DNA from: Vulcanimicrobiota bacterium
GTDB taxonomy: Bacteria > Vulcanimicrobiota > Vulcanimicrobiia > Vulcanimicrobiales > Vulcanimicrobiaceae
Direction: 5' to 3'
Assembly: GCA_963820825.1 (NCBI GenBank)
Contig: CAWGBN010000008.1
Span: 615,921 to 679,920, forward strand
Length of the DNA: 64,000 nucleotides
The notes below the pieces were generated by a model. It had not been told where the DNA came from. It saw nothing but the letters and a program-made list of their open reading frames with translations, and searched no databases. Of the stretch, positions 19,954 to 30,658 are shown in pieces; positions within the stretch are counted from its first letter, which is position 1; the number at the start of each line of letters is the position of its first letter. The position numbers were made by a program, and so were the translations under genes.

Positions 19954-21792
19954 TTAGCGCCGGCCCTCTTTCATGTGCTCGACGATAGCGTCGGGAAGGT
20001 CACGCAAGGCATCGTTGGTAGCTCGCGTGAGCGCTTCGAGCGATGCAAGCGCATTGAGTAGCCCGTCCGTTCTTCCGGCGGCGCCCGCGCCGAGCAAGTC
20101 GAGCGCGACGCCGACACCGTGCGCGACCTGTGCAACGGCTGCCGACTCGTCGGGTGCGTACGTCTCGCCGTTGATCTTCGCACCGAGGACGAGCACGCCG
20201 ACGAGGCGCCCGCGCGCAAGCATGGGATAAGCGAACTCTCCCGACAATTTGGTCTTCACAAGATGCAGCTCGAGCGCCTCGTGCGAGGCGCGCAGCGCGA
20301 CGAGCGCCGCATCGTTCTCATCGACGCTGCCGTATCGCGTGCCGTCGTAGATCGAAAAGTCCGCCAACGACGCGCCCGTATGCTGCAGCAGCGTCTCCTT
20401 TGCACGCTCTAACACGATGCCGGCGTCAGTGATAAATGCAACCTCCTGCGCAAAGCGCCGCAGTGCGTGCTCGTCCTCGTGGCGCCTGCGGAAGAAAACG
20501 TTGTCGACGAAACGATCGACGCGCGCGTGAATCTGGTGCAGCGATAGACCGAGTCCCAGGGCGATCGCCGCGCTCACGGCGATATTGGCAACGCGGCCCG
20601 CGGTATGCAACCAGCCTCCTAGCGCCCATTCCACGAGCGTAAATGCGCCCACGACCAAGAGCGACACGCCGGTGAACACGGCCGCGCGGTTGAGGACGAA
20701 GCCGACGTCGAGGAGGCGCCGGCTGAGCAGCGCGTACATCAAGCCGAGCGGAGCGATGAACCAGGCCGCGTTGAGAATCCAATAGTACGCGATGACATTC
20801 GCGGTGAGATACGACTGGATCGTAGCGATGCCAAACAGATAGAGGACCGCGAGCGAACCCGTCGCCCACGCGACGCGCGAACGCTCCGCTCCACTCGAGG
20901 CGCGCACTGCAAGCACCGCACAGAGCAAGGCCATCGCCGCCGGCCCGACGACCGCGATAAGCTGCGGCAGCGGATGCGACGCGAACCACGCGTGCAGATC
21001 GAGCGTCCCCAGCCACAGGCCGATGATGCCGATCGCTCCGCCTGGGCCGTAGCCGCCTTGCGCGGCTCCGGTCCAGATAACCGCCGAGAGCGCGGCTGCG
21101 ACGTACGTCAACGCGGTGAGGACTCGCCGAGTAAATGAGAGCGGGCGCCCAAACAACAAGGCGTAACGTGCGAACAGCGCGACGCCGGCCATGAATCCGA
21201 ACTGCGCGACGACGTTGAGCGTAACGTCGAGCGCGACCCATGGCGTGAGCCACCCATTGATCGGAAATAGATTCTCGCCGAGCTGGATGAGGATGAGTGT
21301 GAGCGCGAGCGTGCGCACTTCGACGTTTTCGGGACGACGCCACATCAGTATCGCGGCTACGAACAGACTAAACGCCGATCCGAGCCAGAAGGCCCAGGCG
21401 AAGAGCACTTGCCACGTATTGAAAAATGCGGTTTGAGTGTACGGGCCCGGCGTGACGGTGATCGATCGGGTGACCCCGTTTCGCACGATCGGCAGCGCGA
21501 TCGGCGTTGCGACGAGCCATTCGTTGCGCAACCAGTATCTCGCTTGGGGCGTCATAGAGCGCAGATCGACGACATCGCCGGCGCGAATTCCGCTGTGCTC
21601 GGCGAGCGAACCGGGGACGACTGAATCGAAGCGGTCGAGGAACGGCGCCTCCGTAACCGGGCCGAACGGCGAGCCTCCGAAGACGTCGCCATAGAGAGCG
21701 TACGTTGCCCACGCGCTCTCCGCGACGGCGAAAAGCCCAATGAGACATAATGCAAAGTACACGCCCTGCACTATTCGTGTGCCGCTCGGCAT
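19954..21792 (-). CDS. Multi-pass membrane protein with PDZ-like and GAF-like domains
   Basis: VVPGSLAEHSGIRAGDVV (PDZ-like); many TM segments; YPMLARGRLVGVLVLG...YAPDE (GAF-like). Confidence 0.7.
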   Translation of the reverse strand: MPSGTRIVQGVYFALCLIGLFAVAESAWATYALYGDVFGGSPFGPVTEAPFLDRFDSVVPGSLAEHSGIRAGDVVDLRSMTPQARYWLRNEWLVATPIALPIVRNGVTRSITVTPGPYTQTAFFNTWQVLFAWAFWLGSAFSLFVAAILMWRRPENVEVRTLALTLILIQLGENLFPINGWLTPWVALDVTLNVVAQFGFMAGVALFARYALLFGRPLSFTRRVLTALTYVAAALSAVIWTGAAQGGYGPGGAIGIIGLWLGTLDLHAWFASHPLPQLIAVVGPAAMALLCAVLAVRASSGAERSRVAWATGSLAVLYLFGIATIQSYLTANVIAYYWILNAAWFIAPLGLMYALLSRRLLDVGFVLNRAAVFTGVSLLVVGAFTLVEWALGGWLHTAGRVANIAVSAAIALGLGLSLHQIHARVDRFVDNVFFRRRHEDEHALRRFAQEVAFITDAGIVLERAKETLLQHTGASLADFSIYDGTRYGSVDENDAALVALRASHEALELHLVKTKLSGEFAYPMLARGRLVGVLVLGAKINGETYAPDESAAVAQVAHGVGVALDLLGAGAAGRTDGLLNALASLEALTRATNDALRDLPDAIVEHMKEGRR

Positions 21793-21987
21793 GCCGCGAG
21801 TCTTACGCAAGGTCGGCCCTACGAGCGGACCTTGACCGCGATAGACAATGAGGGCCCCCTCCTCAAGAGCGTGGAGGCAGTTTTCCGTTTGAGCGCGCAA
21901 AAGCCTAGGGAAACGATCGGAGGCACACGATTCGATGGGATGTCTATGCCGCAGCCTGCGGCGTCGCAAAAATGACGTCGACGCCGT

Positions 21988-23193
21988 TTAAGGGTGGGCG
22001 ATCCTCAGCCCCGCGGTGAGAATCGGATCGGCTCCCGAGGCCGTCGCAAGATTGACGAGTACGTCCGGCTTGAAATCGGAGCGCGGCTTCCCGGTCGCGT
22101 CGTAAACGGGCTCCGCGGAGATCTGCGCGTCGACGTCGTTCTGCGGCAGATGATCTTTGATAACCGCCGCGCCGAGACCGGCCATCTGCGTGCCGACGAC
22201 GATCGATGCGGACCCTTCATGCATCGCCATCGCGAAGCCCTCGGCCACACTCTCACTCCATCGATCTACGAGGACCACCACTCTGCCGCCGTAGCGCCAC
22301 GGGCCGCGCGGATCGATATACTCGGGCCAGCGGGGACCTAGGTGCGCACCCGCTCGGCGCGCCATCCACGCATAAAGCCTGCGTTTAGCAAAGAAGCGTC
22401 CCGCGATGGGCCGCATCACGGCAGTGTCACCGCCCCCGTCGTTGCGCACGTCGATGATCAGCGCGGGAGCGGTGCGCACCGCCGCGAGCGCTCGATCGAA
22501 CTCGCCCACGACCCGCGCGTCGGCAAACGACCTGATGGCGATGTATGGTACGTCACCCACCTCTGACGAGCTCAAGTCGGGCGACGCCGCTCCGTCGTTC
22601 TTGTCGTGCGGAATGGTTACGGTTTTCGTCTTTCCGCTTTTATCGCGTAGCCGCAGGACGCGCGCGCGGTCGTGACGCCCAGAAAGCGCAGAGAGAAGCG
22701 CCCATTCGTCGGCCGCGGGATCGGGCGAGCGAAGAAAATGCGGCTTGCGCGCGGCGATCGCATCGAAAACCGCGTGGCCGCCGATCGAGAGTAGCGCGTC
22801 GCCGGCGCGAACGCCCGCCTTCTGCGCGGCCGATCCGCCACGCACTGCGGTCACGACGTAACCCTCGGCGCTCGGCTCGGCCCAGATGTCGTACGCCGGC
22901 AGCCTCCACGAATCGCGATAATTTGCCGTCAGGTGCGTGTGAGAATCGTAGAGCTCGTCGAGCATGGCTTCGAGCACGCCGAAGCGCGCGCGATCGTCAG
23001 CGGCAGTCGCATATTTGGCGCGATAGTACCGCACGGTGGCCGGCCAGTCAGTTCGCTTGACATCGAGATAGGCGTAACGGTTAGAGACGAAGTTTGCCAA
23101 GAGATCGACGTCGCTCGTCGGCTGCGGCACGGGCGACGCACTCAGAAGAGCAACGGTTGATGCGAGGATCAACACGGCGACTAAAGAGTTCAC
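21988..23193 (-). CDS. S41 family (tail-specific) peptidase
   Basis: Signal peptide, PDZ-like segment, LIIDVRNDGGG, SESVAEGF, VVGTQMAG. Confidence 0.85.
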   Translation of the reverse strand: MNSLVAVLILASTVALLSASPVPQPTSDVDLLANFVSNRYAYLDVKRTDWPATVRYYRAKYATAADDRARFGVLEAMLDELYDSHTHLTANYRDSWRLPAYDIWAEPSAEGYVVTAVRGGSAAQKAGVRAGDALLSIGGHAVFDAIAARKPHFLRSPDPAADEWALLSALSGRHDRARVLRLRDKSGKTKTVTIPHDKNDGAASPDLSSSEVGDVPYIAIRSFADARVVGEFDRALAAVRTAPALIIDVRNDGGGDTAVMRPIAGRFFAKRRLYAWMARRAGAHLGPRWPEYIDPRGPWRYGGRVVVLVDRWSESVAEGFAMAMHEGSASIVVGTQMAGLGAAVIKDHLPQNDVDAQISAEPVYDATGKPRSDFKPDVLVNLATASGADPILTAGLRIAHP

Positions 23194-23353
23194 CGCGGGT
23201 GCACTACGCTAAGTGACGCGCGGATGCCCGTCAGCCGGCGATGACGGCGATGCATCCAATCTGACTGCATTGGCGCTGGAAAGGGGAGTGCCCCCTGAAA
23301 AAGCGAACGAGCTAGCCCTTGGCTGGGCTAGGCTTGCAGCCGAAGGAGGAAGT

Positions 23354-23815
23354 ATGTTCGCCATGAGACTGGCCGCGTTGGCCTTAGTCATGACAGCCGT
23401 TATTTGGTTCCCCGGAACGGCAATCGCCTCGGATTCGAGCGACGTGATGGCGACGGTAAATACCGCCATCGCGTCGTTTAACAAGGGGGACGGCAAGACG
23501 TGGTTGACGCTATGCACCGCGTCAGCACCCGTCATTTCCAATATTCCGCCTTACCTATATCGCTCGTGCGCCGATTGGTGGAACTCCCATGTCGCGTCGG
23601 ACAAAAAGAACGAGATCTCCGGTGAGAGAGTAACGCTTGCGAAAGCGTGGGACCTCACTATTACCGGCGATCGCGCTTATGGTTCATTTCCTGCCAACCT
23701 CGTTTATGAGCAAAAGGGGAAGGCGATGAGCACGTCGGGTGTACTAACGATTGCGCTGCAGAAAACATCGGGCGGTTGGCTCATGACCGGCTGGTCGTGG
23801 TCGGCACACTCTTAG
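23354..23815 (+). CDS. Secreted NTF2-like (SnoaL/DUF4440) protein
   Basis: SD AGGAGG; signal peptide; LQKTSGGWLMTGWSWS C-terminus. Confidence 0.7.
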   Translation: MFAMRLAALALVMTAVIWFPGTAIASDSSDVMATVNTAIASFNKGDGKTWLTLCTASAPVISNIPPYLYRSCADWWNSHVASDKKNEISGERVTLAKAWDLTITGDRAYGSFPANLVYEQKGKAMSTSGVLTIALQKTSGGWLMTGWSWSAHS

Positions 23816-23933
23816 TCGGGTGCGGCAACCCGACGAGCTGCAACAAGTAGCCTTCTGAACGACGGCGATCACCGCAGATCGCGGAAGAAGGCGCGTGAGC
23901 CAATCGCGAGCGCGCCTTCTAAAACATCTCGGA

Positions 23934-24953
23934 TTATTTCTCTGCTGCGACCGCGCCGAGCGGCAGGTCGAAGTTGCCCGTAAAGACCGCAACTGGTGAA
24001 CCGCCGGCCGGGTACTTGAAAACCTCGCCGCCGTCGTTCCCCGCATCGCCGCAGTAGACAAGGCCCTTCACGATCCAGGTCTGCGCGCAGTCGCTGGAAC
24101 CCGAAAACGATACGGTGCCCTTCAACGTCGCCTTCGTTCCCTTCACGTTGTACTGATACATCTGGTTCGTTAACTGATCGAAGACGGTCAGGTACGTGCC
24201 GTCCCACTGGACGGACCCAGGGAACTGCACCGAATTGCTCGTTGTGATCGTTTGGAACTTGCTGCTGCCCTTTGGGAGTTCGACGAGCGCGAAGCCCGAG
24301 CGATCGCCGGTAAAGCCGTCGGCAAAGAGATTACCCTGGATGTCGTAGCCATTGAAGAACTCTTCGTCCAACGGCGTGGTGTAAACGGTCGGGGAGCCGC
24401 TCCCGTTCTTGAAGATGAGGACCTCGCCGCCAGGGCCAAACGTCGTCGTCCCATACAAGATCCCGACTGCAAGATCGCCGCTGGTATTCATCGCGCAGCT
24501 GGATGGGAAATAGTAGGTGGTGGAGAGCGTCTTGATCGGCGTTTGAGGGACCTGGTACTCCGTGATCTGGGTGGGGCCCCCGACGTTCCAAAAGGTCTTC
24601 TTCCCATAGCCGTATAGAACGTTCGTGCACCCTTGACCACCGTCGCCGTAGATCGAACCGATCTGCTGAACGCTCTTGGGGTAGTTGAAAATACTGGCGT
24701 ACGTTTCGTAGTAATTGAAGATGTACTCAAACTTCTTCTTCCTCCGATGACGGTCGGGAACGAGCGTCGCGTAACGGGGCATGGGGCTCAGACGCGCTGC
24801 CGTTACCGGCCGGCCGTTCACAAAGAGCGTCCTACCGACGTATGTGCCATTGAGCGCAGCGGTCGACGGCGATACCGTGCCGCCTTGGCACGCCGTGAAT
24901 ATCGCGAGTGCGGCCAGAGCACCGGCGAATTTCACGAAACCAGTGGTATTCAT
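23934..24953 (-). CDS. Secreted beta-propeller lipoprotein
   Basis: Lipobox FTACQGG; GYDIQGNLFADG, PGSVQWDGTYL, FKYPAGG. Confidence 0.75.
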   Translation of the reverse strand: MNTTGFVKFAGALAALAIFTACQGGTVSPSTAALNGTYVGRTLFVNGRPVTAARLSPMPRYATLVPDRHRRKKKFEYIFNYYETYASIFNYPKSVQQIGSIYGDGGQGCTNVLYGYGKKTFWNVGGPTQITEYQVPQTPIKTLSTTYYFPSSCAMNTSGDLAVGILYGTTTFGPGGEVLIFKNGSGSPTVYTTPLDEEFFNGYDIQGNLFADGFTGDRSGFALVELPKGSSKFQTITTSNSVQFPGSVQWDGTYLTVFDQLTNQMYQYNVKGTKATLKGTVSFSGSSDCAQTWIVKGLVYCGDAGNDGGEVFKYPAGGSPVAVFTGNFDLPLGAVAAEK

Positions 24954-25286
24954 AAGGTTACTCCTTCGTAAGTAGACAGGGTCGCTTTACTTCTTTAGCC
25001 GGCTCCAAAGAGCGCGAAGGCGCAACAGATTCATCAACTCGTATGTGCGTGCCTTTTCTGCATCTCAAATGGCATAATGCATAGGCTCAAGTTCGATTAG
25101 ACGCAGCACTTCTGCCCTGAGCAGTACAAGCTTGCTACGCCGGCACCGAAGCCCCAGAGAGCTCGCGCCATAGCTTCTGCGATGATACCGTTACATGTTC
25201 GGACGCCGATGGTAAGCGCGCGCTTTCCGTTTGAAATATGTTAATAGACCAAAGGTAGGGGGACCTAACGCAGAGTAGCCAGGGGT

Positions 25287-27134
25287 GTGGCTACTCGCCA
25301 GGCCGCTGACGCATTGGCTACGCCGCACGACGTGCGGTGGAAATGGCTGCTCGTGACGGCCTGCGCCGTTGGATTTGTTGCCGTATTTGTTACTTCCGCG
25401 GACATTTTTGGTTTGGGGGGCCGCCCATGGTTCGGCAATTGGGACGCCGGCTTCGTGCCGACGGACAAACCGTTCGTCGTAACTGTCGTCGAGTCGTTCG
25501 CAGCGGGCGCCTCAGCAAAGGCGGGCCTTCGCGATGGCGATCGCGTCGATTTACGCGCGCAAGGCCTCGACGCGCGGGTGAGGGTTCTCGGAAGCCCAAT
25601 GGCTTCGCGGGCGACGCGACTCTCGCTTCGCCGCGCTGAGGAAAAGCTGTCAGTTAGCGTCGTGGGCAGTTCGGCATGGGAAGGCAACGTGCTGTTGAAG
25701 CTGTCGAACCCGGTTCTGGGGACGATTGCCGACCTTTGGCTACTTGCATGTGCACTCCTAATTGCAGTGCGGCGATGGTGGCTGTACGAGGCGCGTACGC
25801 TCGTCTTGATCCTCGTTTGCATCGCAAGCTACTGGACCGGCTTGGTTTTCCCAAGTCCGACGTTCACCGTCGTGGAAAACCTTGCATCGACCGTTGTGCA
25901 ACTCGCCGGTTTGGTATTGATTGTCGTCCTGTCGTCCCACTTTGGCGCGCCGAGCTCTTGGAGGCGGCGACTCGAATCGTTTACGTATGCGGCGATCGCT
26001 CTGAGTTTTCTTAGTACCGTTCTTCTGGCCGTTGGTCTCCTTACGCTCGCGTTTGACCCATTGCCTTACGTCTACGGAAGGTTTTGGGTTAACACCGCCA
26101 ACGCTGCCGCCTTAGCAGTTGCGCTCTGCGCATTTGCAGCGGTCGCGACGACGACGCGTGCAACACGCCCCCGAGCTGCCTGGCTTCTTCTTCCTCTCCC
26201 TCTCGCAGCTGCCGGCGCGATCCTGACTGGGAGCTTCTCGGGATTATACGGCGGGTCGGTTTTCTCGTATGGCGGCTCTCTCTACGTCAACCCCGTCGTT
26301 CCCGTTGTCTATAATCTATTCTATGCCTTGGGTGCCGCTGCGGTAACGTACGCGGTGCTCAAGCGCCATGTTTTCGATTTCGGCTTCATAATAAGTCGCG
26401 CAATTGTCGTCGCCGCCGTTTCGCTGATCGTCGTCGCATCGTTCGTCCTACTCGAATGGGTGCTTGGATCGGTCCTAACGGGGATAAGCCACGCTACGGG
26501 ATTGATCGCCAATGCAGCTTTGGCTCTGCTCATTGGCGTCTCGTTGCGATACATCCATAAGCGAGTTGACGTGTTGGTCGATTCGTTGCTCTTTCGCCGG
26601 CGATATGAGGACGCCGTGGCACTCCGGGATTATTCGCAGGAAGCGGCATACGTTACTCGGCGCGATGTCCTGCTCGATCAAACAATCGAAAAGATTCGTT
26701 GCCACACCGATGCCAGTAACGCCAAGGTTTTTCTCGCAAAGAACGGCGAATACACTTCAGAGCGGTCGTTTGGTGATTGTTCTTTATCGAGCGTTGACGA
26801 GAACGACGGCGCGATACTGGCACTCAAGACGTGGCACAAGCCTATAGAGCCGCACCGCTACGAGTCGGCGATGCAGGGAGCGCTCGCATTCCCCTTGCTC
26901 GCGCGCGGCCATCTACTTGGCGTCTTATTATTGGGTGAACGCAGCAGCGGCGAGATTTACGCGCCCGACGAGGTCGAGGCTGTGTCCCTGTTTGCGCACG
27001 GCGTGGGGTCGGCACTGGGCGCCCTCACGCTAAACCCGGACGGCGTCACGACGCGATTGTTGGAGACCCAGGAGAACGTGCTCGACCAGTTGCGAACAAT
27101 TACAAAGATCCTAACCGATCCTTCAAAGCCATAG
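25287..27134 (+). CDS. Multi-pass membrane protein with PDZ-like and GAF-like domains (paralog of 19954-21792)
   Basis: ASAKAGLRDGDRVDLR; many TMs; VDENDGAIL, FPLLARGHLLGVLLLG...YAPDE. Confidence 0.7.
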   Translation: MATRQAADALATPHDVRWKWLLVTACAVGFVAVFVTSADIFGLGGRPWFGNWDAGFVPTDKPFVVTVVESFAAGASAKAGLRDGDRVDLRAQGLDARVRVLGSPMASRATRLSLRRAEEKLSVSVVGSSAWEGNVLLKLSNPVLGTIADLWLLACALLIAVRRWWLYEARTLVLILVCIASYWTGLVFPSPTFTVVENLASTVVQLAGLVLIVVLSSHFGAPSSWRRRLESFTYAAIALSFLSTVLLAVGLLTLAFDPLPYVYGRFWVNTANAAALAVALCAFAAVATTTRATRPRAAWLLLPLPLAAAGAILTGSFSGLYGGSVFSYGGSLYVNPVVPVVYNLFYALGAAAVTYAVLKRHVFDFGFIISRAIVVAAVSLIVVASFVLLEWVLGSVLTGISHATGLIANAALALLIGVSLRYIHKRVDVLVDSLLFRRRYEDAVALRDYSQEAAYVTRRDVLLDQTIEKIRCHTDASNAKVFLAKNGEYTSERSFGDCSLSSVDENDGAILALKTWHKPIEPHRYESAMQGALAFPLLARGHLLGVLLLGERSSGEIYAPDEVEAVSLFAHGVGSALGALTLNPDGVTTRLLETQENVLDQLRTITKILTDPSKP

Positions 27135-27273
27135 AATCTTCATTCGATCGAAGGCGCGAGGGACGTTCCAAATTGATGGGCCGGGCCCGGTAGCTTCGCG
27201 GAGTCCGTTAGACGGCCGATTGCTTTTGTTCTGGGCGCGATGGCGCAGACCAAGCCCTCTCATCTTTTTCGAA

Positions 27274-27546
27274 GGCGCTTCTTTACTCGGCGCGGCTGCG
27301 CCGGCATCGGCGGCTCACGTCTACCTTGGAACCGTCCGACCGCCAGCGACGGGGCGGGTGCTCCGGGGAAACCCCTACCGCGGACCCGGATACCGGGCCT
27401 ACGGCTATCCCTACGGCCATGGCGTTGGCGTTGGCTACGGCTACGCGCCCTATCCAGCCGTATATGGGCGTCGCGCATATTGGGCACATCGTCCCTATTG
27501 GCGCCCTTATCGCCGCGCATACTGGGGACGGCGCGTCGTTCGCTAA
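27274..27546 (+). pseudogene. 5'-truncated paralog of the Tyr/Gly-rich secreted protein at 48464-48865
   Basis: SLLGAAAPASAAHV..GTVRP..TGRVL.GN and YWRPYRRAYWGR shared; the cognate start and early signal peptide are missing. Confidence 0.65.
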
Positions 27547-27674
27547 CGTATCGGCTCCCATCGTTGAATAAGGTCTAACCGTTAGAGGGCAGACAGCGGT
27601 CTCGCGTGGCTTCGTCCGTTAGACGGATTGGAAGTGAGCAGGAACGCCTCCGTTTTCGAGATGATACTTGCGCA

Positions 27675-28658
27675 ATGCCGTTCGCGCTGGCATCGTTCGC
27701 ATTGTTTCTTTCGATTTGGATCGTAATTCCAGGCCCGATCGTTCCACTGTTCGTTCTGACGGTCGCCGGTACCGAGCTCTGGCCGGTCTTGACACTCCTC
27801 AACGTTATCGTCCTATCCATCATACTGCACTCTCGGAGTTCCGGGCGACCTGCGGCCGTCGCCATCGCACTCGCGGCTCTGCTGTGTTCGCTGGCCCCGC
27901 CTCTCGCTTATGCGATACGGGGCCCGCACGTACCGTTGTCGGCTTTGCTCATGCCGCTTTCCGAACGCGCGAGCACGACCGCCGTTCGCCCCGGCGCCCC
28001 CATCGTGGTCGTGATTTATGGTGGCGCGTGGGAACACGGTTCGGCAAGAAACGACGCGCGGCTCAATGCGATTATCGCTTCATGGGGCTATCGAGTTATT
28101 GCGCTGAGTTATCCGCACGCGCCTCGCTCGCGCTGGCCCACGCAACGTGACGCCGTTCTGCATCAGATCGATTCGCTGTCGACGGGCCGTATCGCCGTGC
28201 TCGGACATTCGTCCGGCGCACAGTTGGCAATCATCGCGGCGGCCCTGCGGCCGCACCGAATCAACGCTGTGATAACCTACGAAAGCCCGGTGGATCTTCG
28301 TCTCGCCTATGAATATCCGCCCCACCCCGACTTAATCCACATCCGTCACGTCCTGCTCGACCTCTGCGGCGGAACGCCGGAGCAGCGTCCCGTATGTTAT
28401 CGAAGCGGATCTCCACGGTACGTCGTCCATGCCGGTATGCCGCCGGTCCTCATGATCGCGGCAGGGCGTGATCACGTCGTCGACCTTGGTTTTGAACGTT
28501 TCTTGCGCGACGAATTGCGCAGCTATGGCGTCGGCGTTACCTACGTCGAGCTGCCTTGGGCCGATCATGCCTTCGAGTATATCGCCACCGGCTTTCACGA
28601 TCGGATCGCGCTGTGGTACGTTCGCCGATTCCTGGATCTTCATTTGAACAAGCCATGA
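27675..28658 (+). CDS. Membrane-anchored alpha/beta hydrolase (esterase/lipase-like)
   Basis: YGGAWEHG oxyanion motif, GHSSG nucleophile, GRDHVV, ADHAF. Confidence 0.8.
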   Translation: MPFALASFALFLSIWIVIPGPIVPLFVLTVAGTELWPVLTLLNVIVLSIILHSRSSGRPAAVAIALAALLCSLAPPLAYAIRGPHVPLSALLMPLSERASTTAVRPGAPIVVVIYGGAWEHGSARNDARLNAIIASWGYRVIALSYPHAPRSRWPTQRDAVLHQIDSLSTGRIAVLGHSSGAQLAIIAAALRPHRINAVITYESPVDLRLAYEYPPHPDLIHIRHVLLDLCGGTPEQRPVCYRSGSPRYVVHAGMPPVLMIAAGRDHVVDLGFERFLRDELRSYGVGVTYVELPWADHAFEYIATGFHDRIALWYVRRFLDLHLNKP

Positions 28659-28742
28659 CGAACGGATTTCACCAGTATAGTGTAACTATCTTGGTGCATC
28701 GGTCGCCCGGGATTGGGAGCACCCGCCCGCCAATGGGAGAGA

Positions 28743-29144
28743 ATGCATGTGGTGCGCCAAATTGCTCTAGTGGTTCTAGCACTCTTTTTTTTGGCGGCAG
28801 GCATCAACCATTTTGTGCATTTTGGTGTCTACGTGCGGATGGTTCCGCCTTGGCTTCCGGCACCTGCGCTGCTCGTCCAAATCAGTGGCGTCTGTGAAAT
28901 ACTTGGTGGAATCGGCGTGCTAGTTCCCAACACCCGAAGATTTGCCGGCGTGGGGTTAATTGCGCTCCTGGTCGCGGTCTTTCCGGCGAACGTGCAAATG
29001 GCGCAGCACCCAGGGTTATATGCAGATCTTGGTACCGTGGCAGCGTTTTACATTCGGCTTCCTCTCCAGCTCATTCTCGTCGCTTGGGTTTGGTGGATTA
29101 GCATGCTGCCGTTACCCGCCGCGGAAAGCCGGCCGGGATACTGA
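28743..29144 (+). CDS. DoxX-like membrane protein
   Basis: AGINHF, MVPPWLP, SGVCEILGG, AVFPANVQMA, RLPLQ. Confidence 0.8.
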   Translation: MHVVRQIALVVLALFFLAAGINHFVHFGVYVRMVPPWLPAPALLVQISGVCEILGGIGVLVPNTRRFAGVGLIALLVAVFPANVQMAQHPGLYADLGTVAAFYIRLPLQLILVAWVWWISMLPLPAAESRPGY

Positions 29145-29176
29145 TCGGTTTCGACACGGAGGACGGTTCGTTTGAC

Positions 29177-29187
29177 TGGTAGCGCCA
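29177..29187 (-). repeat. Possible degenerate tRNA 3'-end (att) copy
   Basis: TGGTAGCGCCA, 11-nt exact match to the CCA end of the repeat; intergenic and co-oriented. Confidence 0.4.
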
Positions 29188-29320
29188 GAACCAATCGCAT
29201 TCCTCGATCGCCATAACGCAAACGACTGCCAAAAGGAGCCCGGTATCGACGAAAGTCGCATTCATAGTTTCTTCGTCGATTATTCACGAGGCCTTCCTGG
29301 ATCCAGCGTACAGTGACGAC

Positions 29321-29689
29321 ATGAAAAGCCTTCTTTCGGCACTTACTGCCACCACGCTGGGTCTCTCGCTGAGCATCGCGGTCCCTATCTCCGGATCCGC
29401 CGCGCCGAGTCCCCAAGTCGTAACGGTTACAGCATCCTCTGAAGCAATGTTCAGCCCGTCGGAAATCACCGTTCACGCCGGACAACCCGTCGAATTGAAG
29501 CTCGTCGGGAAGAGCGGCGTGCATGGCATCGAGTCGAGCGCGCTCGGAATTCCGGCTACGACGATTACCCTCGGATCCACACAAACCGTGACGTTCACGC
29601 CTCCAAAGGTGGGTACGTATACGCTGCACTGCACGATTCCGTGTGGGCCGGATCACAGCAAGATGACGATTGTCGTTAAGGTCGTCTAG
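29321..29689 (+). CDS. Secreted cupredoxin-domain protein
   Basis: FSPSEITV, VHG, CTIPCGPDHSKM (CuA-like C-x3-C-x3-H-x2-M). Confidence 0.8.
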   Translation: MKSLLSALTATTLGLSLSIAVPISGSAAPSPQVVTVTASSEAMFSPSEITVHAGQPVELKLVGKSGVHGIESSALGIPATTITLGSTQTVTFTPPKVGTYTLHCTIPCGPDHSKMTIVVKVV

Positions 29690-29743
29690 CTACTCCGGCG
29701 GCTCAGCGATGGAGGCTGCGCGACTCGATACCCGACCTTAGGG

Positions 29744-30583
29744 TTAAGGTTTAGCAGCCGTCAGGACGAACGATGCAACGTGCAGCGAAGGTCCAGCATG
29801 AAATTGGAACCACAGCTTGTAGGTTCCAGGCTCGCTTACCGTCACGTGGAGAAGCATGTTCGGCGATACGATCGCTTTGTCGTTGGAGTACACCGCGGTG
29901 CTAGCAGATCCCATCGGCACTTCAGGGGCGACCGGGTGTAAGTGAACGTATGTAAGGTCGTCGGCGTCGAGAAAAACGGCATGTGCGAGCGCTCCGAGAT
30001 ACGGATGGACGTCCATGGCGGGCTTCCCGCCCTTCGCAACGCGCACGGCGATGTCGGCTGAGGAGCCGGCCTGCAATGACAAGCTCGAAAGCGTTACCGA
30101 ATATCCGCCGACCTGCGCGACCGCGTTGCGTTCGCTCAGATCTCTCGCCGTAGGCATCGCCTTCCCGGCTTGAAGATCGAAGCGAAACACTTGCTGCCCG
30201 ATGCCGGTCGGCCGACCGTCCGAATAGACGTGGTATAGCCCCGGGCGCGGCAGCGTTTGGTCGAGCAGGAAGTGGCCATTCGCCGAAAATGTAGGATGCA
30301 CGTGAAAGAACGTCTTGAAATCGTCGCTGACGATGATAACGTGCAGTAGCTTCGTCATGTCGAGGTCATAAGCTCGGATCGGAGCACCGCCATTCTTCGG
30401 AGTCATCCAGAAATCGAGCCTCCAAGCCTCGGGGCGGGGACCCGATGCGGTCTCGAGGTATCCGGCCGTGCGTGCCGGACCTCCCTGTAACGCAAATGTT
30501 CCATGGAGCACCGTTCCTGCATACGTCATCACCATGGTCATCAGCCAGATCCCGCCAGTCAGGGCTAACGCACGCATCGTCAC
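29744..30583 (-). CDS. Secreted His-rich putative heavy-metal-binding protein
   Basis: Two related modules: LLHVIIVSDDFKTFFHVHP and PYLGALAHAV...YVHLHP; PGTYKLWFQF. Confidence 0.65.
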   Translation of the reverse strand: MTMRALALTGGIWLMTMVMTYAGTVLHGTFALQGGPARTAGYLETASGPRPEAWRLDFWMTPKNGGAPIRAYDLDMTKLLHVIIVSDDFKTFFHVHPTFSANGHFLLDQTLPRPGLYHVYSDGRPTGIGQQVFRFDLQAGKAMPTARDLSERNAVAQVGGYSVTLSSLSLQAGSSADIAVRVAKGGKPAMDVHPYLGALAHAVFLDADDLTYVHLHPVAPEVPMGSASTAVYSNDKAIVSPNMLLHVTVSEPGTYKLWFQFHAGPSLHVASFVLTAAKP

Positions 30584-30658
30584 GGCTTGCTCCTTCTTAT
30601 CTCGCCGAAGTTGGCGTTACGCGGCGGCCTCATAAACCCTCCACAGCCCAGCCAATCC

